IMG/VR virus record: IMGVR_UViG_3300043811_000074
Coordinates: 1 to 64,000 of that record
Direction: 5' to 3' (one strand)
Origin: a virus
Length of the DNA stretch: 64,000 nt
Part shown: positions 37,436 through 45,764 of the stretch, piece by piece
Numbering within the stretch: position 1 is the stretch's first letter
How the letters are laid out: each line of letters starts with the position of its first letter
Notes under the pieces: generated by a model
Seen by the model: the letters and a program-made list of their open reading frames with translations, nothing else
Told to the model about the DNA's origin: nothing
Database searches by the model: none
Made by a program: the position numbers and the translations under genes

Positions 37436-37777
37436 ATGGCAATCAGTTATCTTCCCCCAACCGACGCGCAGGCGCTCGAGGCGCTCACCGATGCGCAGAG
37501 CCAGCTGGCGGGCACGCCGGACAAGGGCGCGCTGGCCTGGGATGTTGTCACCCTGACCGCCTACGGCGTCTCCAAGGGCATCGACCTGAGTGGCCTCGTT
37601 ACCATGCCGCAGACGCGCATGGACAACCACGCGGCGCGTGCCAAGGCGCTCATCGACCCACTCCTGGCCGATCCCAAGGGCATCAACTGGCAAAACTTCG
37701 GCAACATTCTGAAAACTTTGCTTCCGATATTGCTCGGTCTTCTTTCCGGCCTGGGCGGTGGAACCACGGGCAGCTAG
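37436..37777 (+). CDS. Hypothetical protein with amphipathic C-terminus
   Basis: GGAG RBS; INWQNFGNILKTLLPILLGLL. Confidence 0.65.
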   Translation: MAISYLPPTDAQALEALTDAQSQLAGTPDKGALAWDVVTLTAYGVSKGIDLSGLVTMPQTRMDNHAARAKALIDPLLADPKGINWQNFGNILKTLLPILLGLLSGLGGGTTGS

Positions 37778-37797
37778 TCGTCGCGCGTAGCCTCGAC

Positions 37798-37838
37798 TAC
37801 TCCGGCCTTCACTATACCTCCGAAGGCCGGAGTTTTTC
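37798..37838 (+). terminator. Intrinsic terminator
   Basis: ACTCCGGCCTTC...GAAGGCCGGAGT-TTTT. Confidence 0.75.
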
Positions 37839-37850
37839 GGAGTTCCCTTC

Positions 37851-38009
37851 ATGCTGACCCGACGCATTCTCGCCGCGGCATTCATTCCAGCAATCTTTGT
37901 CTGGTTTTTCCTCTGCTTCATTGCCGACTCCCCCAGCGCCGAAGCTGACTTGCACTGGCTTTTTCGCAAACTCGGCTGGGAGAATTTGCTCTTTCCCAAC
38001 ATCCCCTGA
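37851..38009 (+). CDS. Small TM or signal-peptide protein (52 aa)
   Basis: GGAG RBS; MLTRRILAAAFIPAIFVWFFLCF. Confidence 0.45.
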   Translation: MLTRRILAAAFIPAIFVWFFLCFIADSPSAEADLHWLFRKLGWENLLFPNIP

Positions 38010-38021
38010 CAGGAGACTCGC

Positions 38022-39305
38022 ATGGTCGCTTTCGCGCGTTCTTACATCAAGTACCGGGACAAGCCTGGCAGTTTCATCAAACGACCGCACGCCGCCAGTC
38101 AGTCCTACGCGCCAGGGCAAATCTGCCGCGATTACAATTGGCCCAACGGCATCGCAGTACAACCGCTCACCATTGCCATCATGGAACTCGGTGGCCACTT
38201 CTACCCTTCCGACCTCTCGCCGTGGGCAGCGCGGGCCAATCTGCCGGTTCCCGTGGTCAATACTTTCATGCTGCCCGGCGCGGACGATTCGCCTTCGGAC
38301 GCTGACGGCGAGGTCATGTTAGATGTCTTTTGCGCTGCGCAGGCGTACTCTTCCGTCACCGGCCTGCCCGCGAAAATTCTCATCGTCTATGGCCCCAACA
38401 CGGGGCAGGCGTTCGCGGACATTACCGAATACTGCAACACGCTGACCGGCATCGGCTCCGGTTCCGGTTCGTGGGGCACGGCGGAAACCAACTCGGCAGA
38501 TTCAGACCGCGCCAACTTGGACGCACAACTGCAAAGAGCGCTGTTTCCGTGGCATTACGCCAGTGGCGACAATGGTTCCAATGATGGGACGAACACGCCG
38601 ACAGCCGATTGGCCTTCGTGCAGTCCTTACCTTGCCAGCTGTGGCGGCACGTCCAAGGTTCCCGGCTCGGGCGCGGAAACGGTCTGGAACAATGGCAATG
38701 GCGAGGGGACGGGCGGCGGCTTTTCCAAGTTCTACGGGCGCCCGATCTGGCAACCGGCGAACACTCAGGGCACAGGCCGCATGGTTCCCGATTGGGCAGC
38801 GGTCGCCGATCCGAACACCGGCTATGACACGCTCATCAATGGCAGCTGGCAAGTGATCGGCGGCACATCCGCCGTCGCTCCACTCTTGGCCGGGTTCATG
38901 TGCGCCGTCAACGGGGCGCGGCTCAAGCTGGGTCTGCCGATGATCGCGCAACCCAATCAAATGATCTGGTCGATGTTGAGCAGCTATTACGACATCATTT
39001 CCGGCTCCAATGGCGCGTACAACGCCGAAGCTGGGCCTGACCCCTGTTCCGGGGCCGGGCGGCCCACGGCAACCACGTTCGCCATGATGACCGGAGCCAG
39101 TCAGGTTCCGCCTGTGCTGCCGCCTCCGGTCAACTCCCCGCCCGTAAATCCGCCGCCTGCAACGCCGGCCTTTGTCCTGACCGTGCCGACGCCGATCAGG
39201 GCCGGGCAGACGTTCAAGATCAAGGCAGGCAAAGCAATCGCAGCAGGCAAGTACGATTGCTTCCCGTCAAGCGGCGCGGCGGACGCAGAAGTATTCGCCG
39301 ACTGA
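38022..39305 (+). CDS. S53 (sedolisin/kumamolisin-like) serine peptidase without a long propeptide
   Basis: EVMLD (Glu/Asp), ASGDNG, GGTSAVAP (Ser), DIISGSN...G.DPCSG.G Ca site. Confidence 0.9.
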   Translation: MVAFARSYIKYRDKPGSFIKRPHAASQSYAPGQICRDYNWPNGIAVQPLTIAIMELGGHFYPSDLSPWAARANLPVPVVNTFMLPGADDSPSDADGEVMLDVFCAAQAYSSVTGLPAKILIVYGPNTGQAFADITEYCNTLTGIGSGSGSWGTAETNSADSDRANLDAQLQRALFPWHYASGDNGSNDGTNTPTADWPSCSPYLASCGGTSKVPGSGAETVWNNGNGEGTGGGFSKFYGRPIWQPANTQGTGRMVPDWAAVADPNTGYDTLINGSWQVIGGTSAVAPLLAGFMCAVNGARLKLGLPMIAQPNQMIWSMLSSYYDIISGSNGAYNAEAGPDPCSGAGRPTATTFAMMTGASQVPPVLPPPVNSPPVNPPPATPAFVLTVPTPIRAGQTFKIKAGKAIAAGKYDCFPSSGAADAEVFAD

Positions 39306-39327
39306 CCCTTCACGGAAAGGACGCCCC

Positions 39328-39495
39328 ATGATCTGTAACAAGTGCGGCTGGCGCATGGCTGGGCCGTTTGAACATGAGACCTGTCCCAAGTGCGGGGAAA
39401 TGCTGCTCCGGTTTCGAGAGCAAGAGGAACCGGAGCAAGTCAAGGATGATAAGCCTGCCGACGAACCGCAAGAGCCGGAGAAGTGCCGCCCATGA
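39328..39495 (+). CDS. Small Zn-ribbon protein (55 aa)
   Basis: AAGGA RBS; MICNKCG...TCPKCG. Confidence 0.55.
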   Translation: MICNKCGWRMAGPFEHETCPKCGEMLLRFREQEEPEQVKDDKPADEPQEPEKCRP

Positions 39496-39512
39496 CCACC
39501 GCGAATTTATCT

Positions 39513-39674
39513 TTAGCCGCGCCTCCCATGCCAATTAACCGCGTCTCGTCGGCGCTGTGTATGACGGCCCGCGAGCCGATGCACTCGCGTCAGCCGCGCC
39601 GTGGCCCGGAGACTGTTCCCCTCAACCAGATGGTGCAGGACTTGGACTTGCTTATCGCGGGGCAGGATGTTCAT
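39513..39674 (-). pseudogene. IS1-family transposase N-terminal fragment
   Basis: MNILPRDKQVQVLHHLVEGNSLRATARLTRVHR HTH, then similarity stops abruptly. Confidence 0.7.
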
Positions 39675-39719
39675 GGGAAGCGCCTTTCCGTGCTTGGCGG
39701 TCCCCGGTAGAATGGAGTT

Positions 39720-39800
39720 GCTAGGCCGCATTCCGGTGGGAAACCGCTGGATTGTGGTTGCCCCGGTAAGTGCTGATAACACTCGCCGGGGTTTTCTTTG
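39720..39800 (+). ncRNA. Candidate antisense RNA to the transposase leader
   Basis: TTTCCG-17 nt-TAGAAT (39685-39713); hairpin CCCCGG..CCGGGG plus TTTTCTTT. Confidence 0.45.
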
Positions 39801-39801
39801 C

Positions 39802-39852
39802 GACTATAGTATTATAGACATTATCAACCACAATGTCCATAGTTCTATAGAC
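39802..39852 (-). promoter_or_regulatory. Transposase promoter overlapped by two 18-bp operator-like boxes
   Basis: TGGACA-17 nt-TATAAT on -; boxes GACTATAGTATTATAGAC and GTCCATAGTTCTATAGAC. Confidence 0.65.
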
Positions 39853-39875
39853 GATTTTGACGGAAAATGTCGGAT

Positions 39876-39967
39876 TACGGGGAGCGGGATTTGCACCCGC
39901 ACGGGCCTTTTGAGGGGGTTCCCACCGGTTCCCAAAACCGGCGCGTCTGCTGTTCCGCCATCCCCGC
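39876..39967 (-). tRNA. Atypical tRNA: Pro anticodon (TGG) on a Leu-like long-variable-arm body, no encoded CCA
   Basis: GCGGGGA TG GCG GAACAGCAGA CGC G CCGGT TTTGGGA ACCGG [24-nt V arm] GCGGG TGCAAAT CCCGC TCCCCGT A; all four stems pair. Confidence 0.8.
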
Positions 39968-39969
39968 GC

Positions 39970-40020
39970 AAAGAAAAAGCCAGCCAGGGAACGCACCGCG
40001 AACGATGGTTCCCAGCTGGC
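39970..40020 (-). terminator. Terminator immediately upstream of the tRNA
   Basis: GCCAGC-TGGGAAC..TTCG..GTTCCC-TGGCTGGC then TTTTTCTTT on -. Confidence 0.65.
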
Positions 40021-40122
40021 CGGGTTGGTTGGTTTTTGCCGCTGTGCGCGCACGAACGCGCACAGCGGTTTTTGTTGACAGTCAGACTTGAAGAATGGTG
40101 GGGAACGTGCTAAAGTAGAGAA

Positions 40123-40225
40123 CGAACCCTGATTGGTGCGCCGGTACATAGGCACACTCCTGTAGCAAGGGAACAATGGGTTCAACCGGGCTGGTGTGTT
40201 GACGCATACCAGCCCAACCCGTTTA
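40123..40225 (+). ncRNA. Candidate antisense RNA over the leader-ORF RBS/ATG upstream of the tRNA
   Basis: TTGAAG-17 nt-TAAAGT with TG extension (40088-40116); hairpin GGGCTGGTGTG/CATACCAGCCC at 40188-40215. Confidence 0.45.
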
Positions 40226-40239
40226 TGGTTTCATGCCTT

Positions 40240-40680
40240 TTACTTGTTCAATTCCTCAATGGCCCTATCAGACAGCCGGTAACGGCTCTTTGGCTTCCCT
40301 TCATCGTAAATCTGTTCGCGCACCAGCGAGTCCCGACCAAATTTGGCATCGGTCCTTTTCCGCACGCTGCGGATGACGGGCGGCAGGTTTGCTGCCGGTA
40401 TACCGATTTTCTTGGCCAATTCGTCCGTAGTCAGCCAGCCCGTCGGTGCGCGTGCCAGGGCTTCGAGAAGGTCTTCCTCGACCTTCTTCAGATTGTCGCT
40501 GCGGGTGTCGGAGATCGGCTCGGCGTTTGAGCCGTTTTCTGATGGACGGGACCGGCGCGGCTTTCTGATCGCCGATCCATTGACTTGATGACCCTGGATG
40601 AGCGCCTGAATACGGACGGCTTCCTCCGTGGTTTCCACTTCGTAGACAAATCCATCAGGTGTAGTCAGTTTTGCGGTCAT
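40240..40680 (-). CDS. Winged-helix DNA-binding protein
   Basis: LLEALARAPTGWLTTDELAKKIGI...SRYRL; AAGG RBS. Confidence 0.65.
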   Translation of the reverse strand: MTAKLTTPDGFVYEVETTEEAVRIQALIQGHQVNGSAIRKPRRSRPSENGSNAEPISDTRSDNLKKVEEDLLEALARAPTGWLTTDELAKKIGIPAANLPPVIRSVRKRTDAKFGRDSLVREQIYDEGKPKSRYRLSDRAIEELNK

Positions 40681-40807
40681 GGTTCACCTTTCCTAATTGT
40701 AATTGTCAACAGAATCATTACAAGCCTATTTTGTCTGTTTTTATTTTACCGTGCCATTACTGGCTTTGCAATGGTTTGGCATTGTTTACCAATTGAAAAA
40801 CATCCTC

Positions 40808-40836
40808 TTGCCACCGCGTCCATAGTTGTATAGACT
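40808..40836 (+). promoter_or_regulatory. XRE gene promoter with an 18-bp box
   Basis: TTGCCA-17 nt-TAGACT; GTCCATAGTTGTATAGAC at 40818-40835. Confidence 0.65.
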
Positions 40837-40843
40837 TGAAAAC

Positions 40844-41059
40844 ATGAAAGAGAACACCCATCTTCGTGTGATGGTCAAGGTCCACAAGGCGGTCAAAAGG
40901 TCCGGCTTGTCGCTTCAGGACGTGGGCCTGCGCATGGGCTATCCCGAAGCCACGGCTCGCAAGAGCGCGTGGCAATTTCTGCGCAGCAAAGACCCGCGAC
41001 TGTCGATGCTGTTCAGGTTCGCACAAGCGATGGGGCTGGACGTGAAAGAACTAATTTGA
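40844..41059 (+). CDS. XRE-family HTH regulator
   Basis: SGLSLQDVGLRMG...DPRLSMLFRFAQAMGLDVKEL. Confidence 0.8.
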   Translation: MKENTHLRVMVKVHKAVKRSGLSLQDVGLRMGYPEATARKSAWQFLRSKDPRLSMLFRFAQAMGLDVKELI

Positions 41060-41117
41060 ACAGGGGCGTTGACGTGCGGAATGAATCCCCTCCCCCTTTT
41101 TTCTTGATCGGTCAGCC

Positions 41118-42578
41118 ATGTCAAAAAAGAAAGCTGTTACTCCGCTGACCAATGCCGGGGTGATCTATTGCGGAGACAATCTGGAAAAACTTCGCGCCAT
41201 GCCGGGAGCAAGCGCCGACTTGATCTATATTGACCCGCCCTTCAATTCCAATCGCAATTATGAAGTCTTTTGGGGTGAGACGAAAGAGAAGCGGGCCTTT
41301 GAGGACCGGCACGAATCGACTCGCGCCTATATCGACTTCATGCGGCCCCGGTGCGTTGAACTCGCCCGCGTCTTGAAAAAGACCGGCAGTTTTTATTACC
41401 ACTGCGATTGGCACGCCAGCCATTACGTCAAGGTGATGCTGGATCAAATTCTTGGAGAAAACAACTTTCAAAATGAAATCGTGTGGAAGCGAAGTACGGC
41501 GCACAGCGATGCAAAACAGGGAAGCAAACACTATGGCCGTGTTCACGACGTACTGCTTTTTTACACGGGCAGCTCGGCCGATTTTACCTGGAATCAGCTC
41601 TACACGCCGCTGAGCGAGAAGTACATCGAATCTCACTATAGACAGGTCGATGAACATGGCCAACGATTTATGTGGGACAACATTACCGGACCTGGCGGCG
41701 CAGCAAAAGGCAACCCTTATTACTCAGTGTTGGGGGTCGAAGGTTATTGGCGGTACTCGCAAGAGCGGATGACGCAATTGATAAATGATGGGTTGGTTGC
41801 CATCCCTCCGAAGGGCAGAACGCCGCGATTAAAGCGATATTTGACAGATTCCAAGGGCTTGCCATTGCAAACCGTGTGGGATGACCTGTCGCCAATAAAC
41901 TCTCAGGCAAAGGAATCGCTCGGCTATCCGACGCAAAAACCGCTTGCGCTTCTTGAGCGAATCATCAGAGCAAGCAGCAATAAGGGAGACGTTTGCCTTG
42001 ACGCCTTCTGCGGATGCGGTACGGCTCTTGTCGCTGCCGAGAAGTTAGGCCGGCAGTGGATCGGCATGGACATTTCCCCGACTGCCTGCCGTGTCATGGC
42101 CGAACGGCTCAAGAAGATTTGCAAGCTACAGGAAGGGAAGAATTTTGTCGTTCGCGATTTACCGCGCAGCGCGGAACAATTGCGGAGAATGCCGCCGTTT
42201 GAATTTGAGAATTGGGCTGTGATTGCCTTGGGCGGAATTCCCAATAAAGCGCAAGTCGGAGATATGGGCATCGACGGTCGAATCTACCCGGTTTCTGCCG
42301 TGCCGAAAAAAGCAGCGAAGGGGGAAGAATTCGACTTCATGGACGTATGGTATCCGATCCAAGTGAAACAAAAGGACAAGGCAGGACGGCCCGACATTGA
42401 TTCCTTTGAAGCCGTGATGATGCGGGAAGATCGGCAGAAAGGGTTTTTCGTGTCTTTTGACTTCACGTCGGATGCCATGACGGAAATCAACGGCTTTTTC
42501 AAAAAGACAGGAAAAGCAATAATCGCGCTAACCGTTCAGGAAATTCTGGACGAAGAAATCGCGATGAAACTCGCCTGA
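41118..42578 (+). CDS. Beta-class N6/N4 DNA methyltransferase fused to an Mrr-like nuclease domain
   Basis: IYIDPPF, GYPTQKP, DAFCGCGT; C-terminal FENW..GDMGIDG..IQVKQ. Confidence 0.88.
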   Translation: MSKKKAVTPLTNAGVIYCGDNLEKLRAMPGASADLIYIDPPFNSNRNYEVFWGETKEKRAFEDRHESTRAYIDFMRPRCVELARVLKKTGSFYYHCDWHASHYVKVMLDQILGENNFQNEIVWKRSTAHSDAKQGSKHYGRVHDVLLFYTGSSADFTWNQLYTPLSEKYIESHYRQVDEHGQRFMWDNITGPGGAAKGNPYYSVLGVEGYWRYSQERMTQLINDGLVAIPPKGRTPRLKRYLTDSKGLPLQTVWDDLSPINSQAKESLGYPTQKPLALLERIIRASSNKGDVCLDAFCGCGTALVAAEKLGRQWIGMDISPTACRVMAERLKKICKLQEGKNFVVRDLPRSAEQLRRMPPFEFENWAVIALGGIPNKAQVGDMGIDGRIYPVSAVPKKAAKGEEFDFMDVWYPIQVKQKDKAGRPDIDSFEAVMMREDRQKGFFVSFDFTSDAMTEINGFFKKTGKAIIALTVQEILDEEIAMKLA

Positions 42579-42658
42579 GTTGCAATGCGATAGGCCAACA
42601 ATATCCAGAACTTCCGTGCCAAACCACACGGCCGGCGCAGGCAAACTGTACCACTACC

Positions 42659-42719
42659 TGCGTTCGTGCAGGTGCGCCATGTCCGTTAGCAATTGCAGGT
42701 AACGCGGGTCAGCTGGCAT
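42659..42719 (-). pseudogene. Phage gene truncated by the IS end
   Basis: AAGGA RBS; MPADPRYLQLLTDMAHLHER runs straight into the IS end. Confidence 0.5.
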
Positions 42720-42955
42720 CTTGATTCCTTTCCGCTCGTTTTGAAAGCAGTTCACTCTGTTTAGCAATACGTTCCGCAAATGCCGAGTTGGACACCCGCA
42801 GGCCGTGGATTTCGGTTCTCAGGTAGATGTTCTCGCGGTTCAGCGCCACGACCTGACCCCACGTCTGTTGCAGTTCGCCCCGGAGTGCAGATCGCGTTGG
42901 CGATCAACCAAAACTACTTCGCCACTGCTCATGATTATTTGTTTCGTCTGCTCTG

Positions 42956-43402
42956 TCATTTCCCGCTCTCCTGCAAAGCTGCCAACGCGGCGCGGGCGAG
43001 TTGCTCCATGGTGACATTAATAGCCTTCCAAGTATTCATCATTTGAATCTCAAACTCTTGCAAAGCGAAGCATCCCTGCGGTTCGAAGATGTTCAAGGCG
43101 CGCCGCAGTTTCATGGCAAAAGTGATCTGCAATCCCCGCTTCTCAATCTCCGCCAGCAGCACGCGCCTCATCCCGTCCGAGCAGTAGTCGGGCGGGGCGT
43201 CGGCGCGGACGGCGGGGACCGGGTCTTCGGCACAGTCATTTTGTAAACAAATCCGGCCGACATCATTGAGGAACGCTGGCATGTGCGGCAGGCCAATCTT
43301 CCACCCGCACACCCGGCACTTGGATTCGTCCCAGGGTGGCAAGAGGATGGCCGCGAGTTGGGCGTTGATTTCGGCGGGGGTCATGGTGGTGGTGTCGGTC
43401 AC
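42956..43402 (-). CDS. Hypothetical phage protein
   Basis: GGAGG RBS, GTGA coupling. Confidence 0.6.
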   Translation of the reverse strand: MTDTTTMTPAEINAQLAAILLPPWDESKCRVCGWKIGLPHMPAFLNDVGRICLQNDCAEDPVPAVRADAPPDYCSDGMRRVLLAEIEKRGLQITFAMKLRRALNIFEPQGCFALQEFEIQMMNTWKAINVTMEQLARAALAALQESGK

Positions 43403-44346
43403 TTCTTGGCCTCCGGCAGCAGGATTTCGCGGACTCGCTGTGCTGTACTAACCTCGCCAACAATACCATGCCGTAACCACACGACAGGCTTGTAACTTTC
43501 TGTTGGTTCCTTATCCCACTCAGACTTTGCTCGTGCTGCTAAAACTGCTAGTCCTGCCGCGTCCTCAAACATCGCCCCCGGCCTCAACTCATTGAGCGTG
43601 GTCCACTTGCCGTACTGGAGGGCGGCATGGCGCAGGACAAGGGCGACGACAAGAGCAAGTACACTTGGTTTATTTATATGTTCGTGATACCAAAACACTC
43701 GCTCCACTTGCTCCCACAACTCCGGGTGCTGCGTGCGGGCCTGCTCCGGCGTCAGGGGTGGCTCCGACGCGGGTTGCGGTTCTTGCGGCCATCTATGGTA
43801 GACATTTCCAGCTGATCCCGCCGCTTCATGCTTTCCAGGGTGGCCATCGTCAAGAGTGCAGTAGTAGTTAGAGCCGTCAATGATCGTCATTGCTTCACAG
43901 CAAGACTTCGCGGCAGGCTCGCTCAGCAGCGGGCACGGTTCGCCACCATGCCGAGCCGCCGTGTCGCACAGGCAGCGCTTGTCTCCGTGGACGGCGCAGC
44001 GCTCGCCGGTGCAGTAGTGGCAGTGGTCCGTCTCCGGTGGAGGCTCACTCGCCGGCGCTGCCGTCCGCTCAACGTGGTTGCGGTTCAGGCCGTGGGCGAA
44101 GTCGCGGGCGATTTCTTCGCCGCCGTCAAGATTGTGGTAAAACGCAAAACTATTGCCATTGAACACTACGAGCCAACGGCCGTTCGCGCCTTCTCGCACG
44201 CTGTACGGCCCGGTCGGTGTGGTCCGCTCAGCGTCAAGCCGCTGCACTTCCTTGGCCAGTTCCAAGATGGCGGCGCGGAGTAGTCGGCCAGATGGACCGG
44301 CGTACGGTTCACTTTTCAGGGCGTCAAGGGCTGGTGTTCGGCTCAT
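43399..44346 (-). CDS. Mosaic hypothetical protein with Cys/His modules
   Basis: Repeated PASEPP linkers; CTLDDGHPGKH. Confidence 0.6.
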   Translation of the reverse strand: MSRTPALDALKSEPYAGPSGRLLRAAILELAKEVQRLDAERTTPTGPYSVREGANGRWLVVFNGNSFAFYHNLDGGEEIARDFAHGLNRNHVERTAAPASEPPPETDHCHYCTGERCAVHGDKRCLCDTAARHGGEPCPLLSEPAAKSCCEAMTIIDGSNYYCTLDDGHPGKHEAAGSAGNVYHRWPQEPQPASEPPLTPEQARTQHPELWEQVERVFWYHEHINKPSVLALVVALVLRHAALQYGKWTTLNELRPGAMFEDAAGLAVLAARAKSEWDKEPTESYKPVVWLRHGIVGEVSTAQRVREILLPEAKK

Positions 44347-44457
44347 TGGGCCGGTCCTTTCTTTGGCGTCTCTTCCAGGGCGGCGTAGTCGGTGATATGT
44401 ACAATAATTGCATTATCATGGAATATGGCCAGCGCCAAATCATCCTCGTCCCACTGG

Positions 44458-45564
44458 TTACTCCGTGAACAGGGATTGCGATTCCTTGTCGGCTTCTTCC
44501 GCGAGCCGCCGATACGCTAGATCGACCTGAGACTGCCGTAGGTCGCATCCTAAAAAGTTCCTGCCAAGCCGCACAGAGACAGCTGCCGTGGTCCCCGATC
44601 CACTGAAGCAGTCCGCCACGGTATCACCTGGCCGGGAAAAGCCTTTGATGAAAAACTCGCAAAGCCGCTCCGGGTACGGGGCTTCCCCTTCGTGCGCCAG
44701 CTTGCTGCCAATATGACCACCGCCTACCCGCGCTCTCACGACACCACCGCAGCCGTCCGTCTCGTCGATCAGGATGACGTTGCCCGGATTTGCAAACTTC
44801 GGCATCGGGCGATTGCCGTTCTCTTTCAGCTGGCCGTCTACTTCGTGGCCGGCGGTGCAGTCCATTTCGCGGAGGACTTTCTTGTATTTGCCGTTGGCCC
44901 GACGAGTCGGGCCAGACATACCCTGTTTCGCCGCCGCACGATCCTTTTTCCGGCCGTCCTTATGACGGCCGGAAATCCCGACGAGACCGCCAGTGTTCCA
45001 AGGATCAACGCCGAAGTCTTCGGCGTTGATGCGGCGTCCGTCTGCATTGCGGTTGCTCATCTCCCCGCCGACCTGAGAATACTTCGGCGCATGACCCACG
45101 GCTGCCACATCAAAGTACGGCAGCGCGCCGGGTCGCTTGAAGCAGAGGACGTATTCCCAATCAGCACGGAGATAGTCGCTCCCGCCGCTCCCCGGTATCC
45201 CGGTGCCGCCGCCATTGCGGTCAACCTTGTGCCAAACGCACGGCCGGTACTGATGACAATTGCCGCCACGCTTCCACCAGAGATAGGCCAAACCCTCGCA
45301 CGCGGGCTGATACCTGCGGTCCTTGGTCGGTCCTGAGACAACCCAAAAGATCGGGCCAGTGACGACGCGCTGCGCTTCAGTCAGAATCTCAAGCTGCCAC
45401 TCAATCCAGGCGTCCGTGTCACGGGCGACACCTAGGTCAACGCCGTTCTCTAAATAAAGTCGCTGAAGCGTGTAGGGAGGCGACGACACACACAGCTGCA
45501 CGCTGTCCGTTGGTTGGGACCGCCAGAACTCCGTTGCGTCAGACTTGATAATCGTCGCTGTCAC
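44458..45564 (-). CDS. Beta-class DNA methyltransferase (SPPY, probably N4-C)
   Basis: SSPPY; HEGEAPYPERL; DCFSGSGTT. Confidence 0.85.
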   Translation of the reverse strand: MTATIIKSDATEFWRSQPTDSVQLCVSSPPYTLQRLYLENGVDLGVARDTDAWIEWQLEILTEAQRVVTGPIFWVVSGPTKDRRYQPACEGLAYLWWKRGGNCHQYRPCVWHKVDRNGGGTGIPGSGGSDYLRADWEYVLCFKRPGALPYFDVAAVGHAPKYSQVGGEMSNRNADGRRINAEDFGVDPWNTGGLVGISGRHKDGRKKDRAAAKQGMSGPTRRANGKYKKVLREMDCTAGHEVDGQLKENGNRPMPKFANPGNVILIDETDGCGGVVRARVGGGHIGSKLAHEGEAPYPERLCEFFIKGFSRPGDTVADCFSGSGTTAAVSVRLGRNFLGCDLRQSQVDLAYRRLAEEADKESQSLFTE

Positions 45565-45764
45565 CTTGCCTCCCTCCCCGGCCACTCGCCCCGTGCGTCA
45601 AGGTAACTCCGGCACACTTCCGCCAGCGCCGCCCCGGCGAGGCAGCTGCCGCTGACCGGGATGCCGTAGCAGCCATTGGCGTCGCGCTGTGTTTGCAGGT
45701 GGGCAATCGCCTGCTGGATGGCGCGGTCGTCGTCTTCGTCCAGGGTCAGGTGCATGTGTTTCAC
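45561..45764 (-). CDS. Hypothetical protein
   Basis: GGAGG RBS, GTGA coupling at both ends. Confidence 0.55.
   Translation of the reverse strand: MKHMHLTLDEDDDRAIQQAIAHLQTQRDANGCYGIPVSGSCLAGAALAEVCRSYLDARGEWPGREAR

Larger units (their letters stand above)
39513..42658 (-). mobile_element. Truncated IS1-family element carrying passenger genes
   Basis: IS1-like end GGTAGTGGTACAGTTTG (42658-42642, -) that interrupts a phage gene; transposase N-terminus at 39674; other end not found. Confidence 0.6.

Noticed and set aside
39310-39534. Minus ORF ending PAALVTDH, resembling an IS1 transposase C-terminus
   Set aside because: Better explained as the reverse of the + strand Zn-ribbon gene 39328-39495; the similarity is too short.
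40097-40106. Second upstream target complementary to the tRNA arm
   Set aside because: Has an extra base (GTTCCCCACC), so only 6-7 nt match.
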